A stretch of 64,000 nt of DNA from Octopus sinensis (lineage: Eukaryota), in contig NC_043013.1 of the NCBI RefSeq assembly GCF_006345805.1, positions 5,952,001 to 6,016,000 on the forward strand, in the 5' to 3' direction. Of the stretch, positions 63,480 to 64,000 are shown piece after piece (position 1 is the stretch's first letter; the number at the start of each line of letters is the position of its first letter). A program made the position numbers and the translations under genes. The notes under the pieces were generated by a model. It had not been told where the DNA came from. It made no database searches and saw only the letters and a program-made list of their open reading frames with translations.

Positions 63480-64000
63480 CTGACGTTGCCAAGCTTATGT
63501 AAAGTACATCGTAACACGTAGAATCTGTAATATCCTTCACAGAGTAAGTAATGCAAGGATCCATCCTGCCACCAAGTATTTTTAACTCGTATCAACATGA
63601 CCTTCACACACCTCTACCAAAACATACAAAAGACTCATCATATACATGTGGCATCAGTTATTCCCCTCCCGTCGTTACTCTCACCCTTTAACCCAACACG
63701 AACTGCCAACAAAACCTAGCCCCAAGCAAATAAAACTACATATATCTATGCCTCTTCTTACCAGCAACATTAAAGTACATCAGATACAACCAGCCATCAC
63801 ATTCCGTAACATATACACCCACTCAGGAGACATAACTACTACCAGTTACACACAACACCTTTATAATATTTACAGCGACACACAGAGAGAAGATAAAGAA
63901 AAGAGAACACACTGCACAAACACTAAGAATACTCACAACTATTACATTGGGCTGATACAATAGCAACACTGGTGTACAAACAATGTTTTAGAGACATCAA
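63480..64000 (+). pseudogene. Possible APE endonuclease relic of a LINE
   Basis: ITFRNIYTHSG resembles the APE IxNIYxPP strand. The rest is degraded and runs to the window end. Confidence 0.25.

Overview
AT-rich, repeat-dense eukaryotic DNA that looks intronic or intergenic. The SINE, RTE, MITE and microsatellite landscape suggests an octopus or other coleoid cephalopod, but this is inferred from repeat content only. I cannot identify any intact protein-coding gene, and almost all six-frame ORFs are read through microsatellites or transposon relics. Well-supported content: (i) an internally deleted piggyBac with both termini, TTAA target duplication and an N-terminal transposase remnant (41010-42098), nested in a SINE, plus about nine TTAA-flanked MITEs with related ends; (ii) two mariner relics, one with both TIRs and a D35D spacing; (iii) a pogo/Tigger relic, two hAT MITEs and a Helentron/HINE-type element; (iv) RTE and CR1-type LINE relics; (v) several tRNA-derived SINE families, including head-to-tail arrays; (vi) a decayed tRNA-Asp-like sequence. 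The most interesting unexplained structure is a set of near-perfect fold-backs: a 31-bp stem in a SINE tail (1318-1388), a miRNA-sized hairpin (49049-49119), an 86/87-identical inverted repeat (50865-51345) and a 22-bp palindrome (55183-55204). There is also a weak chain of phase-compatible candidate exons on the + strand. I see no convincing evidence of a new multi-gene biological system. The findings are hypotheses to test.
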